This document shows positions 1-9,911 of a DNA stretch of 64,000 nt, one piece after another. The stretch is from Caldiserica bacterium UBA4822 (GTDB taxonomy: Bacteria > Caldisericota > Caldisericia > Cryosericales > Cryosericaceae), in NCBI GenBank assembly GCA_002402295.1, contig DHFO01000047.1, forward strand, positions 15,327 through 79,326. Reading direction: 5' to 3'. The position numbers and the translations under genes were made by a program. Below the pieces are notes generated by a model. The model did not search any database. It was not told the DNA's origin and saw only the letters and a program-made list of their open reading frames with translations. Numbering within the stretch: the stretch's first letter is position 1; every line of letters begins with the position of its first letter.

Positions 1-1
1 G

Positions 2-127
2 AAGACGCCGGTTATTCCTGTGGACATCTCCCAGGAGTTCCTCAAGCTGGCGTTCTGCATTCAGCGGGCAAGGCGGCGCGAACAGGAGGAGCGCCTTCAG
101 ATCGAGGCGGCTTCGGGGGCTGACTAA
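2..127 (+). CDS. 3' end of an upstream gene, unknown product (partial)
   Basis: Open frame from the window edge (KTPVIPVDISQEFLKLAF...SGAD) ending in TAA at 125-127; no motif recognised. Confidence 0.4.
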   Translation, partial: KTPVIPVDISQEFLKLAFCIQRARRREQEERLQIEAASGAD

Positions 128-232
128 CGCTCCACAGGCACCGGCATCTACGCTGCGCAGCCATTACCAGACTGGATGCGCACAAATCCCCGGAGCCAAG
201 TGCTCTGGAGGAATCTTCTGGCAATCGCGCAG

Positions 233-261
233 TTGCATTGTGACTGGCCGGATTGTATGAT
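233..261 (+). promoter_or_regulatory. sigma70-like promoter candidate for the Mo-hydroxylase operon
   Basis: TTGCAT-17bp-TATGAT upstream of a GGGAGG RBS and the ATG at 302. Confidence 0.4.
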
Positions 262-301
262 AGCGTTGGTTACAATAAATAAGGTGACTTCGGGAGGTCC
301 C

Positions 302-1135
302 ATGGGCAGAATTGTGGAGTACTATCGTGCTGATTCTATCGAGGACGCCGTGGCAACGGCCCGGCGCCTCGGATCATCAGCAGCATACGTTGGTGGTGGA
401 GTGGAACTGGTCCTGCGCCGCAATCCGGAAGTCAGCACTCTCATCGATCTTTCGCAATGCGGCCTTGGGGAAATCCTGGAGGTTGAGGATGGTATCGAAG
501 TTGGCTCGCAGGTGACACTGGCGGCCATAAGCAGGAGCGCTGTACTGAAGTGCTATGCAGGGGGTTCGCTAGCGCTATGGAGCGGCCGTATTGCCCAGAA
601 CAATCTGCGCAACATGATTACCGTGGGTGGCTCTATTGGCCGTAACCAGCCCTGGAATGACCTTGTGCCTCATCTCATCGCCCTCGGCGCTGAAGTACGC
701 TTCTTTGACGGTGCCGAGCACCGGACACCACTTGTCTCCTATATTGATGCGAAGCGCACCGGGACTGTGATTGAGGGGATTGTGCTGCCTTCAGGCAACG
801 CGAATGCAAAGGGATTCATGTGGCGATTCACGGCTACCCAGCAGGATATCTCGTTGCTTCACTGTTCGGCGTTGATTGACGTTGCGGGAGACGTCGTCAG
901 GAAGGCGAGCATCGTGTTTGCAGGGCGGCCCGGTCACGCGGCGCTGTACCCGCAGCTGGGGCAGGAGCTGATGGAGGGAGGCGGTTCACAGGATGCGTTC
1001 GAAAGTCTGGCGAGAAGCGCAATGCAGGCAGTAGAGGTAGGAACGGACCACCGCGCCACGGCAGAGTATCGGCGGGACCTCGTGCGTGCCGCTATTATCA
1101 GTTTGGGAGACTGGATGACAGGAGATACGCAATGA
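302..1135 (+). CDS. Molybdenum hydroxylase FAD-binding (medium) subunit, YgfM/CoxM-like
   Basis: YVGGGVEL and RNMITVGGSI FAD motifs, DHRATAEYRR C-terminal motif; RBS GGGAGG before ATG 302. Confidence 0.85.
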   Translation: MGRIVEYYRADSIEDAVATARRLGSSAAYVGGGVELVLRRNPEVSTLIDLSQCGLGEILEVEDGIEVGSQVTLAAISRSAVLKCYAGGSLALWSGRIAQNNLRNMITVGGSIGRNQPWNDLVPHLIALGAEVRFFDGAEHRTPLVSYIDAKRTGTVIEGIVLPSGNANAKGFMWRFTATQQDISLLHCSALIDVAGDVVRKASIVFAGRPGHAALYPQLGQELMEGGGSQDAFESLARSAMQAVEVGTDHRATAEYRRDLVRAAIISLGDWMTGDTQ

Positions 1136-1605
1136 GGATCTCAATGACGATAAACGGGACACAGTGTGTCATGGACGTCGACCCTGATGACGTGCTGTTG
1201 GATGTTCTCCGCGGAGCGGGCTACCTCGAGGTCAAGGGTTCGTGCCATGCTGGTGACTGCGGAGCCTGCACTGTACTGGTAGATGGTCGTCCTGTGGCGT
1301 CGTGCCTTACATTCGCAGCTCGGGTCGATGGACATTCGGTGACGACCGTCCGCGGAATTGGAGATGGAACTCATGCCCACCCTCTGCAGAGGGCGTTCGT
1401 TGAAAACGGGGCGGCGCAGTGCGGGTACTGTGTCCCTGGGGCCATCGTTTCTGCCAAGGCCCTGCTGGATGAAAACCCCGAACCGACAGAAGACGAAGTT
1501 CGCTTGGCGATGGATGCCAACTACTGCCGCTGTACTGGCTACGAGCAGCAGGTCGAAGCCGTTCTTGACGCTGCTGAACAACTTCGGAAGGAGGCGCGTC
1601 GATGA
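1132..1605 (+). CDS. Molybdenum hydroxylase 2Fe-2S (small) subunit
   Basis: CxxGxCGAC..C and QCGYC..CRC cluster ligands; ATGA overlap with the previous gene. Confidence 0.95.
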   Translation: MRISMTINGTQCVMDVDPDDVLLDVLRGAGYLEVKGSCHAGDCGACTVLVDGRPVASCLTFAARVDGHSVTTVRGIGDGTHAHPLQRAFVENGAAQCGYCVPGAIVSAKALLDENPEPTEDEVRLAMDANYCRCTGYEQQVEAVLDAAEQLRKEARR

Positions 1606-4028
1606 GCGACCACGTGAAGGGGTTCAGTCACGCAGCGGACGGGCTTCCCTCCGCCCATGTTGTTGGAACATCTGTCGACAAGGTTGATGGGTACTCCCTA
1701 GTAAGCGGAGCACCAGTGTATACCGACGATATCGCTGCCAAGGAGTTTCCTCATCGGCTTCATGGAAAGATCCTGCGAAGCCCCATAGCACATGGCGCCA
1801 TTACGTCCATAGATACCCGTACTGCTGAGGAACTGTCCGGCGTGCACTTGGTTCTGACGTTCATGAACACGCCGAGGACTTTCTACACCACCGCAGGACA
1901 AGGCTGGCCGGAACCTTCGCCATATGATAATCAGATGTTTACCGAACGTATTCGCTTTGTGGGGGACCGCGTTGCTGCAGTGTTCGCCGAAACTGTCGAG
2001 GCAGCAGAGGAGGCTCTCCATCTCATCAAGGTAACATACCAGGAAGAACCGGCTGTACTTGACGCGTCAGATGCAATGAAACCAGGTGCTCCGCTCGTCC
2101 ATCCTGAGAATCCAAAGGGAGCCTATGACTCCGCACACAATGTGGCGGCCCATGTCGACGTCGCTGTTGGCGATGTTGACGCGGCACTGGCGGCATCAGA
2201 CGTTACGATCAGTGAAACGTTCGAGACACAGTATGCGCAGCACGTGCCAATGGAAACGCACACCTCGCTTGCCTATGTGGACGACACGGGCAAGATGACG
2301 ATTGTTACGAGCACGCAGGTGCCGTGGCATGTACGGCGTATCGTGAGTCGGATTCTGGGGATTTCCATGAGCAGGTTGCGCGTCATCAAGCCACGTATCG
2401 GTGGCGGATTTGGGGCGAAGCAGGAGATACTGCTTGAAGATCTGGTGGCATATGCTGCTTTACGCACAGGGCTTCCCTGCGAAATCGAACTGACGCGCAA
2501 AGAAGAGTTCATCGCGTCCCGGACACGACATCCGATGAAGATTGACATAAGCATCGGGTCTGATGCTGCGGGGCACTTCAAGGCGCTGAAGATGTACGCG
2601 CTCAGCAATACTGGCGCCTACGGCAGTCACAGCTTGACGGTCATGTCCAACACAGGCAGCAAGACGCTGCCCTTGTACAACAAGGCGAAAGATGTCCGGT
2701 TCTTTGGAGATGCAGTGTATACCAACCTTCCTGTTGCTGGAGCCTATCGTGGCTACGGTGCAACCCAGGGATACGCTGCTCTGGAAACAACGATTGATGA
2801 CCTCGCAGCCAAGCTCCATATGGACCCCATCGAGCTGCGCAAGATGAACATGATTCAAATCGGTGAGGGCTCACCAATCTTTGAGGCGCTAGGCGAGGGT
2901 CGTCAGGGTGTTGCCCAGACCATCAAGAGCAGTTCCCTACCAGAGCTGCTGGCTCTGGGCGCCCAGACCATCGGCTGGGAGGAGAAGCGTGGCAAGAGAA
3001 TCCGGATGGGCCACAAGGTGCGCGGCGTAGGCATGTCGATGCACATGCAGGGGTCTGGAATTCCTCTGATTGACATGGGCTCAGCGTCCATGAAGCTTAA
3101 CGAGGATGGCACGTACTTCCTGGCCGTTGGAGCCACAGACATCGGCACTGGGTCGGACACTATTCTGACGCAGATGGCCGCGGAGGTTCTGGGGGTCAGT
3201 GCCAACATGATCAATATACTCTCAAGCGATACGGATCTCACGCCCTTCGATGTCGGGGCGTATGCGTCGTCTACCACGTTTGTGTCCGGCGGTGCCGTCG
3301 TCAAGGCAGCCAAGGCTGTACGAAACCAGGTTTTTGCCGTTGCTGCCGAGATGCTCGGGGAGAATCTGGATCCGATACTAGTGACGAGTGAGCCGAAGGT
3401 TGAAGGTGACAACGATCAGCCAGACCCCATCCTCTCTTTCTACAGAATGGACAATGGCAATGTTGTTTCAGTGCGTAGCGGGAAGCATGTCTCTGTGTCT
3501 GATGTTGCCTATCGAGCCTATTACGAGGTTGGCCAGCACCAGATTGCATCGACCCAGTCATTTGTATCGCCATATTCTCCACCACCGTTTGCCGCACACT
3601 TTGCGGAGGTGGAGGTGGATGACCTGACCGGCAAGGTTGCCGTCGTGAACTATGTCGCCGCTGTTGACTGTGGGGTTTCAATCAACCCGAATCTGGTGCG
3701 TGGCCAGGTCATGGGGGCAGTGGCAAATGGCATCGGATATGCACTGACAGAGGAATACCGTTTCAGCGCCCGCGGCGCCATGACTAACCCATCGTTGTTT
3801 GACTACAAGATACTCTCACGGAGGGATATGCCTCCAGTCCAGGTGATTGTCGTGGACAACTACGAGCCGACAGGGCCGCTGGGTGCTAAGTCCGTGGCTG
3901 AGATTAACATCAATGGACCAATACCTGCGATCGGAAACGCCATCTTTGACGCCACTGGAGTACGGCTGCATCGAAGCCCCTACACGCCCGAGCGAGTTAT
4001 GAATGCGCTGCGGGCGACCCAAGGATAG
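1602..4028 (+). CDS. Xanthine dehydrogenase-family molybdopterin-binding subunit, XdhD/YgfN-like
   Basis: GGGFGAKQE, AYRGYGATQG, AYASSTT and GAKSVAEI (catalytic Glu) motifs. Confidence 0.9.
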   Translation: MSDHVKGFSHAADGLPSAHVVGTSVDKVDGYSLVSGAPVYTDDIAAKEFPHRLHGKILRSPIAHGAITSIDTRTAEELSGVHLVLTFMNTPRTFYTTAGQGWPEPSPYDNQMFTERIRFVGDRVAAVFAETVEAAEEALHLIKVTYQEEPAVLDASDAMKPGAPLVHPENPKGAYDSAHNVAAHVDVAVGDVDAALAASDVTISETFETQYAQHVPMETHTSLAYVDDTGKMTIVTSTQVPWHVRRIVSRILGISMSRLRVIKPRIGGGFGAKQEILLEDLVAYAALRTGLPCEIELTRKEEFIASRTRHPMKIDISIGSDAAGHFKALKMYALSNTGAYGSHSLTVMSNTGSKTLPLYNKAKDVRFFGDAVYTNLPVAGAYRGYGATQGYAALETTIDDLAAKLHMDPIELRKMNMIQIGEGSPIFEALGEGRQGVAQTIKSSSLPELLALGAQTIGWEEKRGKRIRMGHKVRGVGMSMHMQGSGIPLIDMGSASMKLNEDGTYFLAVGATDIGTGSDTILTQMAAEVLGVSANMINILSSDTDLTPFDVGAYASSTTFVSGGAVVKAAKAVRNQVFAVAAEMLGENLDPILVTSEPKVEGDNDQPDPILSFYRMDNGNVVSVRSGKHVSVSDVAYRAYYEVGQHQIASTQSFVSPYSPPPFAAHFAEVEVDDLTGKVAVVNYVAAVDCGVSINPNLVRGQVMGAVANGIGYALTEEYRFSARGAMTNPSLFDYKILSRRDMPPVQVIVVDNYEPTGPLGAKSVAEININGPIPAIGNAIFDATGVRLHRSPYTPERVMNALRATQG

Positions 4029-4092
4029 CAGGACAGGTACCTGAAGGGGCGGGAACCAGAGAGCCGCCTCCGTAACCTGCTACCTCTTGGGC

Positions 4093-5340
4093 TTAGTCTT
4101 GTGGCGAACCCGATGCAGCGAATGCCTCCGCTATACCCACGACGACCTGAACCGCTTTCTCCATGGACTGTATGACGACATACTCCAGCGGGCCGTGATA
4201 GTTATGCCCGCCAGTGAAGAGATTGGGACATGGCAACCCCATGTAGCTAAGCCGTGCACCATCCGTACCGCCTCGAATGGGCTTGATGATGGGAGTTATT
4301 CCAAGATGCTCCATGACGTTGCGCGCCACATCAATGAGCAGCATATGCTGTTCGATGATGTCGCGCATATTGTAGTATGTGTCGCGCACGCGGACGCTCA
4401 CCGTTCCCTCCCCATACTTCGCATTCAGGAAGTCACAGATTGCGCCTGTGGTGCTCTTGCGCAGTTCGAACCGATGTCGGTCGTGGTCTCGAATGATATA
4501 CTTGACCTCGGCACGCTCGCATGTTCCGGTGATGGAAGTCAGATGATAGAAGCCATTGTACTTTTCGGTCGCGCGCGGGGTCTCGTCTGCTGGAAAGAGT
4601 GCAGTAAGTTCTGCACCGATAAGCGCGGCGTTCTTCATGATGCCCTTAGCCGTACCGGGGTGAATACTCTTGCCGATGATACTGAAGTCTGCTGAAGCAG
4701 CGTTGAAATTCTCATACTCCAGGCCGCCCAGCTTGTCTCCGTCCAGTGTGTAGGAATACGTAGCACCGAACTTCTCAACATCAAACCGGTCGACTCCCTG
4801 TCCGACCTCTTCATCAGGTGTAAATGCCACCTTGATGACGCCATGGTGTACCTCGGGGTGAGCGAGCATATAAGCTAATGCCGTCATGATCTCAGCAATG
4901 CCAGCCTTGTCATCTGCCCCGAGTAGAGTTGTGCCATCCGTGACAATCAGGTCCTGGCCCTGGTACTCGAGGAGGTCCGGAAAGTCCCGAGGGCTCAAGA
5001 CGAGCCCATTCTCCGTATTGAGAACGATATCGGTCCCTGCGTAGCCATGGACAATGCGTGGCTTGACTCCCGCGCCCGAAGCGTCGGGCGATGTGTCCAT
5101 ATGGGCAAGAAAGGCAAGGACAGGCACGCGGTCAGCGTTCTCACAATTGGCTGGCACTGTCGCGGTGACATATCCGTTTGTGTCTATCTGCGCATCGGAC
5201 ACGCCGAGCTCCGCCAGTTCCTTTACCAGTTGCTTACCAAGGACGAGTTGCTTGCTGGTGCTGGGAAACGTCACGGAGTTCTCGTCTGACTGCGTGTCAA
5301 AAGAAGTGTACCGCAGGAAGCGTTCTACAAGTTGGTTCAT
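4093..5340 (-). CDS. pepT: Peptidase T (M20B tripeptide aminopeptidase)
   Basis: AHMDTS, LGADDKAG, FTPDEE, IRGGTDG and GGHNYHG motifs. Confidence 0.95.
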   Translation of the reverse strand: MNQLVERFLRYTSFDTQSDENSVTFPSTSKQLVLGKQLVKELAELGVSDAQIDTNGYVTATVPANCENADRVPVLAFLAHMDTSPDASGAGVKPRIVHGYAGTDIVLNTENGLVLSPRDFPDLLEYQGQDLIVTDGTTLLGADDKAGIAEIMTALAYMLAHPEVHHGVIKVAFTPDEEVGQGVDRFDVEKFGATYSYTLDGDKLGGLEYENFNAASADFSIIGKSIHPGTAKGIMKNAALIGAELTALFPADETPRATEKYNGFYHLTSITGTCERAEVKYIIRDHDRHRFELRKSTTGAICDFLNAKYGEGTVSVRVRDTYYNMRDIIEQHMLLIDVARNVMEHLGITPIIKPIRGGTDGARLSYMGLPCPNLFTGGHNYHGPLEYVVIQSMEKAVQVVVGIAEAFAASGSPQD

Positions 5341-5798
5341 GTGGTCTCCTTTCCGGGCGATGATTGCATGGCGGGCCCTCCAGCATGAAGGCCAGCAAGC
5401 ACGTCAAAAGCGGCATGTGGGTCAACAGTCTTGGAAACAGCGCGTTCCAGGGGACATGGTCCCGTACCAGTGCGGTTCAGCACGACTGGGATAGTCGCAT
5501 CGCAACGGTACGGAATACCAGCAGCGGCCAGGACTTCCTGGGCGCCCGCGCTCATGGTGGAGCCGAACACAGACCTGGCTCGCAGCAGCGAGAACAGGAG
5601 AGCTGCAGCACGTCCCACAACTTTGTCACCCCAGTCAAGTGATCCCAGCGAGCTCAGGAACGGATCCTGAATGGCTGCTAGCAGGCACGTTACTCCCGAA
5701 CCATCCTCCCGGACTACCACCCGTCCTCCTGTGGCAGCACACAGGTCTGCCTGCTGCGATCTAATCAACGACTCAACAAGTTCTTCGTCTTCCCTCAT
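5337..5798 (-). CDS. DUF1893 family protein (TM1506-like)
   Basis: DKVVGRAAA and NRxGxGxCPLE motifs; start could be 5798 (GAGG RBS) or 5816. Confidence 0.75.
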   Translation of the reverse strand: MREDEELVESLIRSQQADLCAATGGRVVVREDGSGVTCLLAAIQDPFLSSLGSLDWGDKVVGRAAALLFSLLRARSVFGSTMSAGAQEVLAAAGIPYRCDATIPVVLNRTGTGPCPLERAVSKTVDPHAAFDVLAGLHAGGPAMQSSPGKETT

Positions 5799-5933
5799 GT
5801 TTCCTCTCGTGTCCATTGTGCTCGTTGTCCATTGTATACCGAAAGAGCGGACCGTACAGTACAGCAGCCGGCCAGCCGTCTCAGTTTTTGTGCTGGTGTT
5901 TATTTCGGACGAGAGGTATACTGGGGACGTTGT

Positions 5934-5948
5934 TGCAATTCATTTGCA
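5934..5948. promoter_or_regulatory. Fur-family 7-1-7 operator candidate
   Basis: TGCAATT-C-ATTTGCA (6/7 inverted repeat) between a TATACT -10-like hexamer (5917-5922) and the start of the transporter-fur operon. Confidence 0.55.
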
Positions 5949-5971
5949 TGTGGCGAGGATGGCCAATACCG

Positions 5972-6892
5972 ATGAATGCTATTATTGATGCACTGAAAGA
6001 TACACTGAACATGGTCCCGATTCTCCTGCTGCTCTACGTTGGGCTTGAGTATGTGGAAGCCCGCTGGCAGCAGCGCATCGTTGGTGCTGTCGAGCATGCC
6101 GGTAGAATTGGCCCTCTGGTTGCATCCCTGGGCGGCGCCATTCCGCAGTGCGGCTTCTCAGTCATGGCAAGTGCCTTGTACACCCAGCGGCTCATTACCA
6201 TGGGCGCACTTGTCGCGACGTATCTTGCCACGTCAGATGAGGCCCTCCCCGTTCTGCTCTCGAAACCGGGCCAGTCTCATATCGTGCTGCCCCTGATCGC
6301 GGTGAAGGTTGTGATGGCTGTGGCGGGTGGGTACATGACTGACGCGGTCATGGCGGGGACCAACCGTCGGCGTATGAGGGAATGCTCCAATCCAATGCAG
6401 GCGGAGCAGACAGCCAGGCGCATTGGCGAAGACAGCTGCTCCTGCGAGGATACTCGCCGTTCGTGCGAATCAACAGGACGGACCGTTGTCTGGCGCGAAA
6501 TCCTGTGGTCTGCATTGCGCCGGGCATTACAGGTTGCGCTTTTCGTGTTCCTGACATCTGTTGCCATCGGGTTGCTGATCAGCGGAATTGGCCAGGCTGA
6601 GCTCGCCCGTCTGTTTCTGAGCAACACGATATTGCAGCCTGTGCTGGCCGCCCTGATAGGGTTGATACCGAATTGCGCTGCCAGTGTCGCATTGACCGAA
6701 TTGTATGTTGGTGGAGTCATTACCTTCGGCTCCGTGGTAGCAGGCCTCGGCGCTGCCGGTGGACTGGGACTCATCGTGCTTGTGCGGGAAAACCATAACG
6801 CCAGGAACACGGTCGCAGTTGTTAGCTGGCTTCTCGGCATCAGCATAGCGACGGGCATCTTCATTCAGCTTCTACAGAGAGCTCTGAGATGA
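5972..6892 (+). CDS. Putative metal (Mn/As-type) permease, DUF2899-like
   Basis: IPQCGFS, LATSDEALP and GLIPNCAAS motifs; multiple TM segments; Cys-rich central loop. Confidence 0.75.
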   Translation: MNAIIDALKDTLNMVPILLLLYVGLEYVEARWQQRIVGAVEHAGRIGPLVASLGGAIPQCGFSVMASALYTQRLITMGALVATYLATSDEALPVLLSKPGQSHIVLPLIAVKVVMAVAGGYMTDAVMAGTNRRRMRECSNPMQAEQTARRIGEDSCSCEDTRRSCESTGRTVVWREILWSALRRALQVALFVFLTSVAIGLLISGIGQAELARLFLSNTILQPVLAALIGLIPNCAASVALTELYVGGVITFGSVVAGLGAAGGLGLIVLVRENHNARNTVAVVSWLLGISIATGIFIQLLQRALR

Positions 6893-7389
6893 ACCGAGGG
6901 GGCGAAGGACCTCGTGGAGGCAGACGCTCTGCTCTGTCATGGAAGCAAGGGTTTCGCATGACCAGGGAACGGCACCTGCTACTCGATGTGCTAACACAGG
7001 CAACGGTGCCACTCAGCGCAGAGGACGTTTGCAGGCAGGTCCAGGAACGTCTGCAGACTGTCGCATTGTCAACCGTCTATCGCAATCTCAATGAGCTGAT
7101 CCGTCGGGGTGCTGTTGAACCAGTGACAGTAGGTACTCATGGTCGCATGCTGTTTGTGTTCACGAAGGGGCGCCACCGGCACTACCTTGTCTGCATCCGT
7201 TGCCACCGCCTGATTCCCATTGAGCCATGCCCACTGAAACGGTACGAGCGCATAATGGAGGCGGGCCTGGACTGCGAGGTTATCGGGCACAGTTTGGTGT
7301 TTTACGGTTACTGTCCTCAGTGCCGGCAGGTGGAACTTCGGCTGGCGTCGGGCAAACGGTCAGCACAGCTCCGCGGCACAGGCGGTTAG
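6889..7389 (+). CDS. Fur-family transcriptional regulator
   Basis: LSTVYRNL helix-turn-helix, HxHxxCxxC and GYCxxC metal sites. Confidence 0.9.
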   Translation: MNRGGEGPRGGRRSALSWKQGFRMTRERHLLLDVLTQATVPLSAEDVCRQVQERLQTVALSTVYRNLNELIRRGAVEPVTVGTHGRMLFVFTKGRHRHYLVCIRCHRLIPIEPCPLKRYERIMEAGLDCEVIGHSLVFYGYCPQCRQVELRLASGKRSAQLRGTGG

Positions 7390-8493
7390 CTGCTGGGGTA
7401 TGGCAATATGCTGAGGGCAAGCGAGCTCGCACAGTCCGCACTGGATGCAATTATCCACGCTTGAATTGTTCGCCCTCATCGCCTTGTACCTGTCGCGTTG
7501 CAGTGCTATTGTACCAAACATGGAACCGTCGTTAACCAGGTGGAAAACTGCAGGTATGTTCACTCCCTGAGGACATGGCATGCAGTACCCGCACGACGTG
7601 CATGGAACACGGATGAGCGAGTTGTACGCGTCGCGTACCTGAGCGACCAGGGCGACTTCGTCGGGCGACAGCATATCAGGGTGTGAGGCATCGGCGTAGA
7701 GCAGATTCTGCTCTACTTGAGCCATTGTACTCATGCCGCTCAGCAGCAGCGATACCTCTGAATGGCTCCAGATCCAGTCCAGCGCCCATTCGGCTGGACT
7801 GCGGCGCGTCGGGGATGACTCCCAGAGCTTGGCCACCGAGGGGTTCGAGTCGGCCAATTTCCCTCCCCGGAGCGGCTCCATGACAACGACGGCCAGTCCT
7901 TTTGAGGCGGCGTAGCGCAGTCCCTCAGTGCCGGCCTGCGTCAGTTCATCAAGCAAGTTGTACTGGATTTGGCAGAAACTCCACCCGTCATAGGCGTCGA
8001 CAATTTCGTGGAAGACTGTGTTTGTGTCATGAAAGGAAAAGCCCAGGCATCCAACCGTGCCGTTACGGATACGCGCCTCTGCCCAGTCAAGAACTCCTAC
8101 GCTGGCAAGATGGTGCCAGCGATCTGCGGTCAGACCGTGGAGAAGATACAGATCTACGTGATCAGTTTTGAGACGATGCAATTGCTCGTCCAGATATCGT
8201 GTCATGTCGTCCTGTGACTTGATAAGCCATGACGGCATCTTCGTCGCCAGGTGGACTCGTTGGCGATATCCATCCTGGAGGGCCTTTCCAACGACGACCT
8301 CACTGTTTCCGCCATGATAGGGATAGGCCGTGTCTATATAGTTGATGCCTCCATCGATACCGGTGCGTATCATGTCGATTGCGAGGTTCGTGTCAACAGC
8401 GGTTGGGTCATCCCCGATGATGGGCAGGCGCATAGCACCGAATCCTAGAGCAGATACCTTCCAATCGAGCTTTCCGAAGTTCCTATAGTTCAT
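7360..8493 (-). CDS. Aldo/keto reductase with C-terminal 4Fe-4S dicluster
   Basis: GFGAMRLP, IDTAYPY, ATK and GFSFH motifs; CTSCGYCMPCP and CIQCGLCELACP. Confidence 0.9.
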   Translation of the reverse strand: MNYRNFGKLDWKVSALGFGAMRLPIIGDDPTAVDTNLAIDMIRTGIDGGINYIDTAYPYHGGNSEVVVGKALQDGYRQRVHLATKMPSWLIKSQDDMTRYLDEQLHRLKTDHVDLYLLHGLTADRWHHLASVGVLDWAEARIRNGTVGCLGFSFHDTNTVFHEIVDAYDGWSFCQIQYNLLDELTQAGTEGLRYAASKGLAVVVMEPLRGGKLADSNPSVAKLWESSPTRRSPAEWALDWIWSHSEVSLLLSGMSTMAQVEQNLLYADASHPDMLSPDEVALVAQVRDAYNSLIRVPCTSCGYCMPCPQGVNIPAVFHLVNDGSMFGTIALQRDRYKAMRANNSSVDNCIQCGLCELACPQHIAIPQQLTACAAELC

Positions 8494-8700
8494 GGTGTGC
8501 CCTTCCAGCAAATAATACGTATTTTAATATACGCCGTTGGCGACGCGCGTCAAACTGTCCAGCTATACCCCCGGAAGAAGCGTCCAAGAATGCTCTCGGG
8601 ACTTGCGGACGTTGCAATTGGCAACGAACTAGATACACTGAAAAAACAGGTAATGATGCATTCAAGCGCATTTTGGCAGCAATCAGGTGAGGAGCGAGCC

Positions 8701-9903
8701 ATGAAAAGAAGGGTTGCCGTCGTCTTCGGTTCCCGGTCGGTTGAACATGAGGTTTCCATCATAACCGCCGTGCAGGCAATGAACACTCTGGACGAGGAAC
8801 GATTCGAAGCCGTTCCCGTCTACGTTGCCAAGGACGGACTATGGTACACGGGTTCGCTCCTCAAGACCATGGACGCATTCCAGGACCTTGGCAGCATCCC
8901 TTCAAGAGCCCAGCGGATATCACTGCGACCATTTTCTGGCCGGATGACGTTGTCTGTCGAGTCGCCGCGGCATGGACTTGCGGCTCATGGTGTGGACACA
9001 ACTCCCCTTGGGGTTGATGTAGCCCTGCTTTGCAATCATGGCACCAACGGTGAGGACGGGACCATGCAAGGCATGTTTGAACTCCTTGGCATTCCGTACA
9101 CAGGAGCCGGAGTGACTGGTTCTGCATTGGGGATGGACAAGGTCCTTCAGAAGAAGGTTTTCCTGCAGGCAGGTATTCCTGTCGTTCCTCATGTAGCATT
9201 CAGTAGAAGAGCCTGGCTGGAGAATCCGAACGACTGTCTCGTGTTGGCGGAACAGCACTTGCGGTACCCGATGTTCGTCAAGCCTGCTAACCTTGGCTCC
9301 AGTGTAGGCATCAGCCGTGCAACTGACCGGGAAACACTGCGGTACGCCGTGGATGTTGCCAGTCACTTCGACCGCAAACTGTTGGTCGAACAGGCTGTCC
9401 TCAATCCACGTGAGGTCAACTGCGCGGTTCTTGGCAACGACAATGTTGTTGCATCCGCATGTGAAGAAGTGTTCAGCACGCATGCCTTTCTTGACTACGA
9501 CGCCAAGTACCGGGTCGGGTACAAAGCCTCCGACAGGGCGGTGGGTGTTGAGAAGGGTGAGGCGCGTCACGTGCCCGCAGAGCTCGGTGAGGAGCTCACA
9601 CGCAGGGTGCAGAACCTTGCATGCCAGGCTTTCTCTGCATTGGATTGCCGGGGAGTTGCCCGCGTCGACTTCCTGATCGATGAGTCTCAGGTTGTCTTTG
9701 TCAACGAGATCAACACGATTCCAGGAGCTCTGTCGTACTACTTGTGGGAAGCCGCAGGTATGCGGTATCAGGATCTCCTCTCTCGGACAATCGATCTTGC
9801 TCTTGAGGCGTTTCACGACCGAAAGTCGAACATTGTGACGTATGACGTGTCCGACCTGCTGCAGTTGGGTTCGCGGGGAAAGTCTGGCTCGAAGAACCGC
9901 TGA
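8701..9903 (+). CDS. ddl: D-alanine--D-alanine ligase
   Basis: FGSRSVEHEVS, HGTNGEDG, MDK, VKPANLGSS, DYDAKY and EINTIPG motifs; GAGGAG RBS before ATG 8701. Confidence 0.9.
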   Translation: MKRRVAVVFGSRSVEHEVSIITAVQAMNTLDEERFEAVPVYVAKDGLWYTGSLLKTMDAFQDLGSIPSRAQRISLRPFSGRMTLSVESPRHGLAAHGVDTTPLGVDVALLCNHGTNGEDGTMQGMFELLGIPYTGAGVTGSALGMDKVLQKKVFLQAGIPVVPHVAFSRRAWLENPNDCLVLAEQHLRYPMFVKPANLGSSVGISRATDRETLRYAVDVASHFDRKLLVEQAVLNPREVNCAVLGNDNVVASACEEVFSTHAFLDYDAKYRVGYKASDRAVGVEKGEARHVPAELGEELTRRVQNLACQAFSALDCRGVARVDFLIDESQVVFVNEINTIPGALSYYLWEAAGMRYQDLLSRTIDLALEAFHDRKSNIVTYDVSDLLQLGSRGKSGSKNR

Positions 9904-9911
9904 TTACTCCT

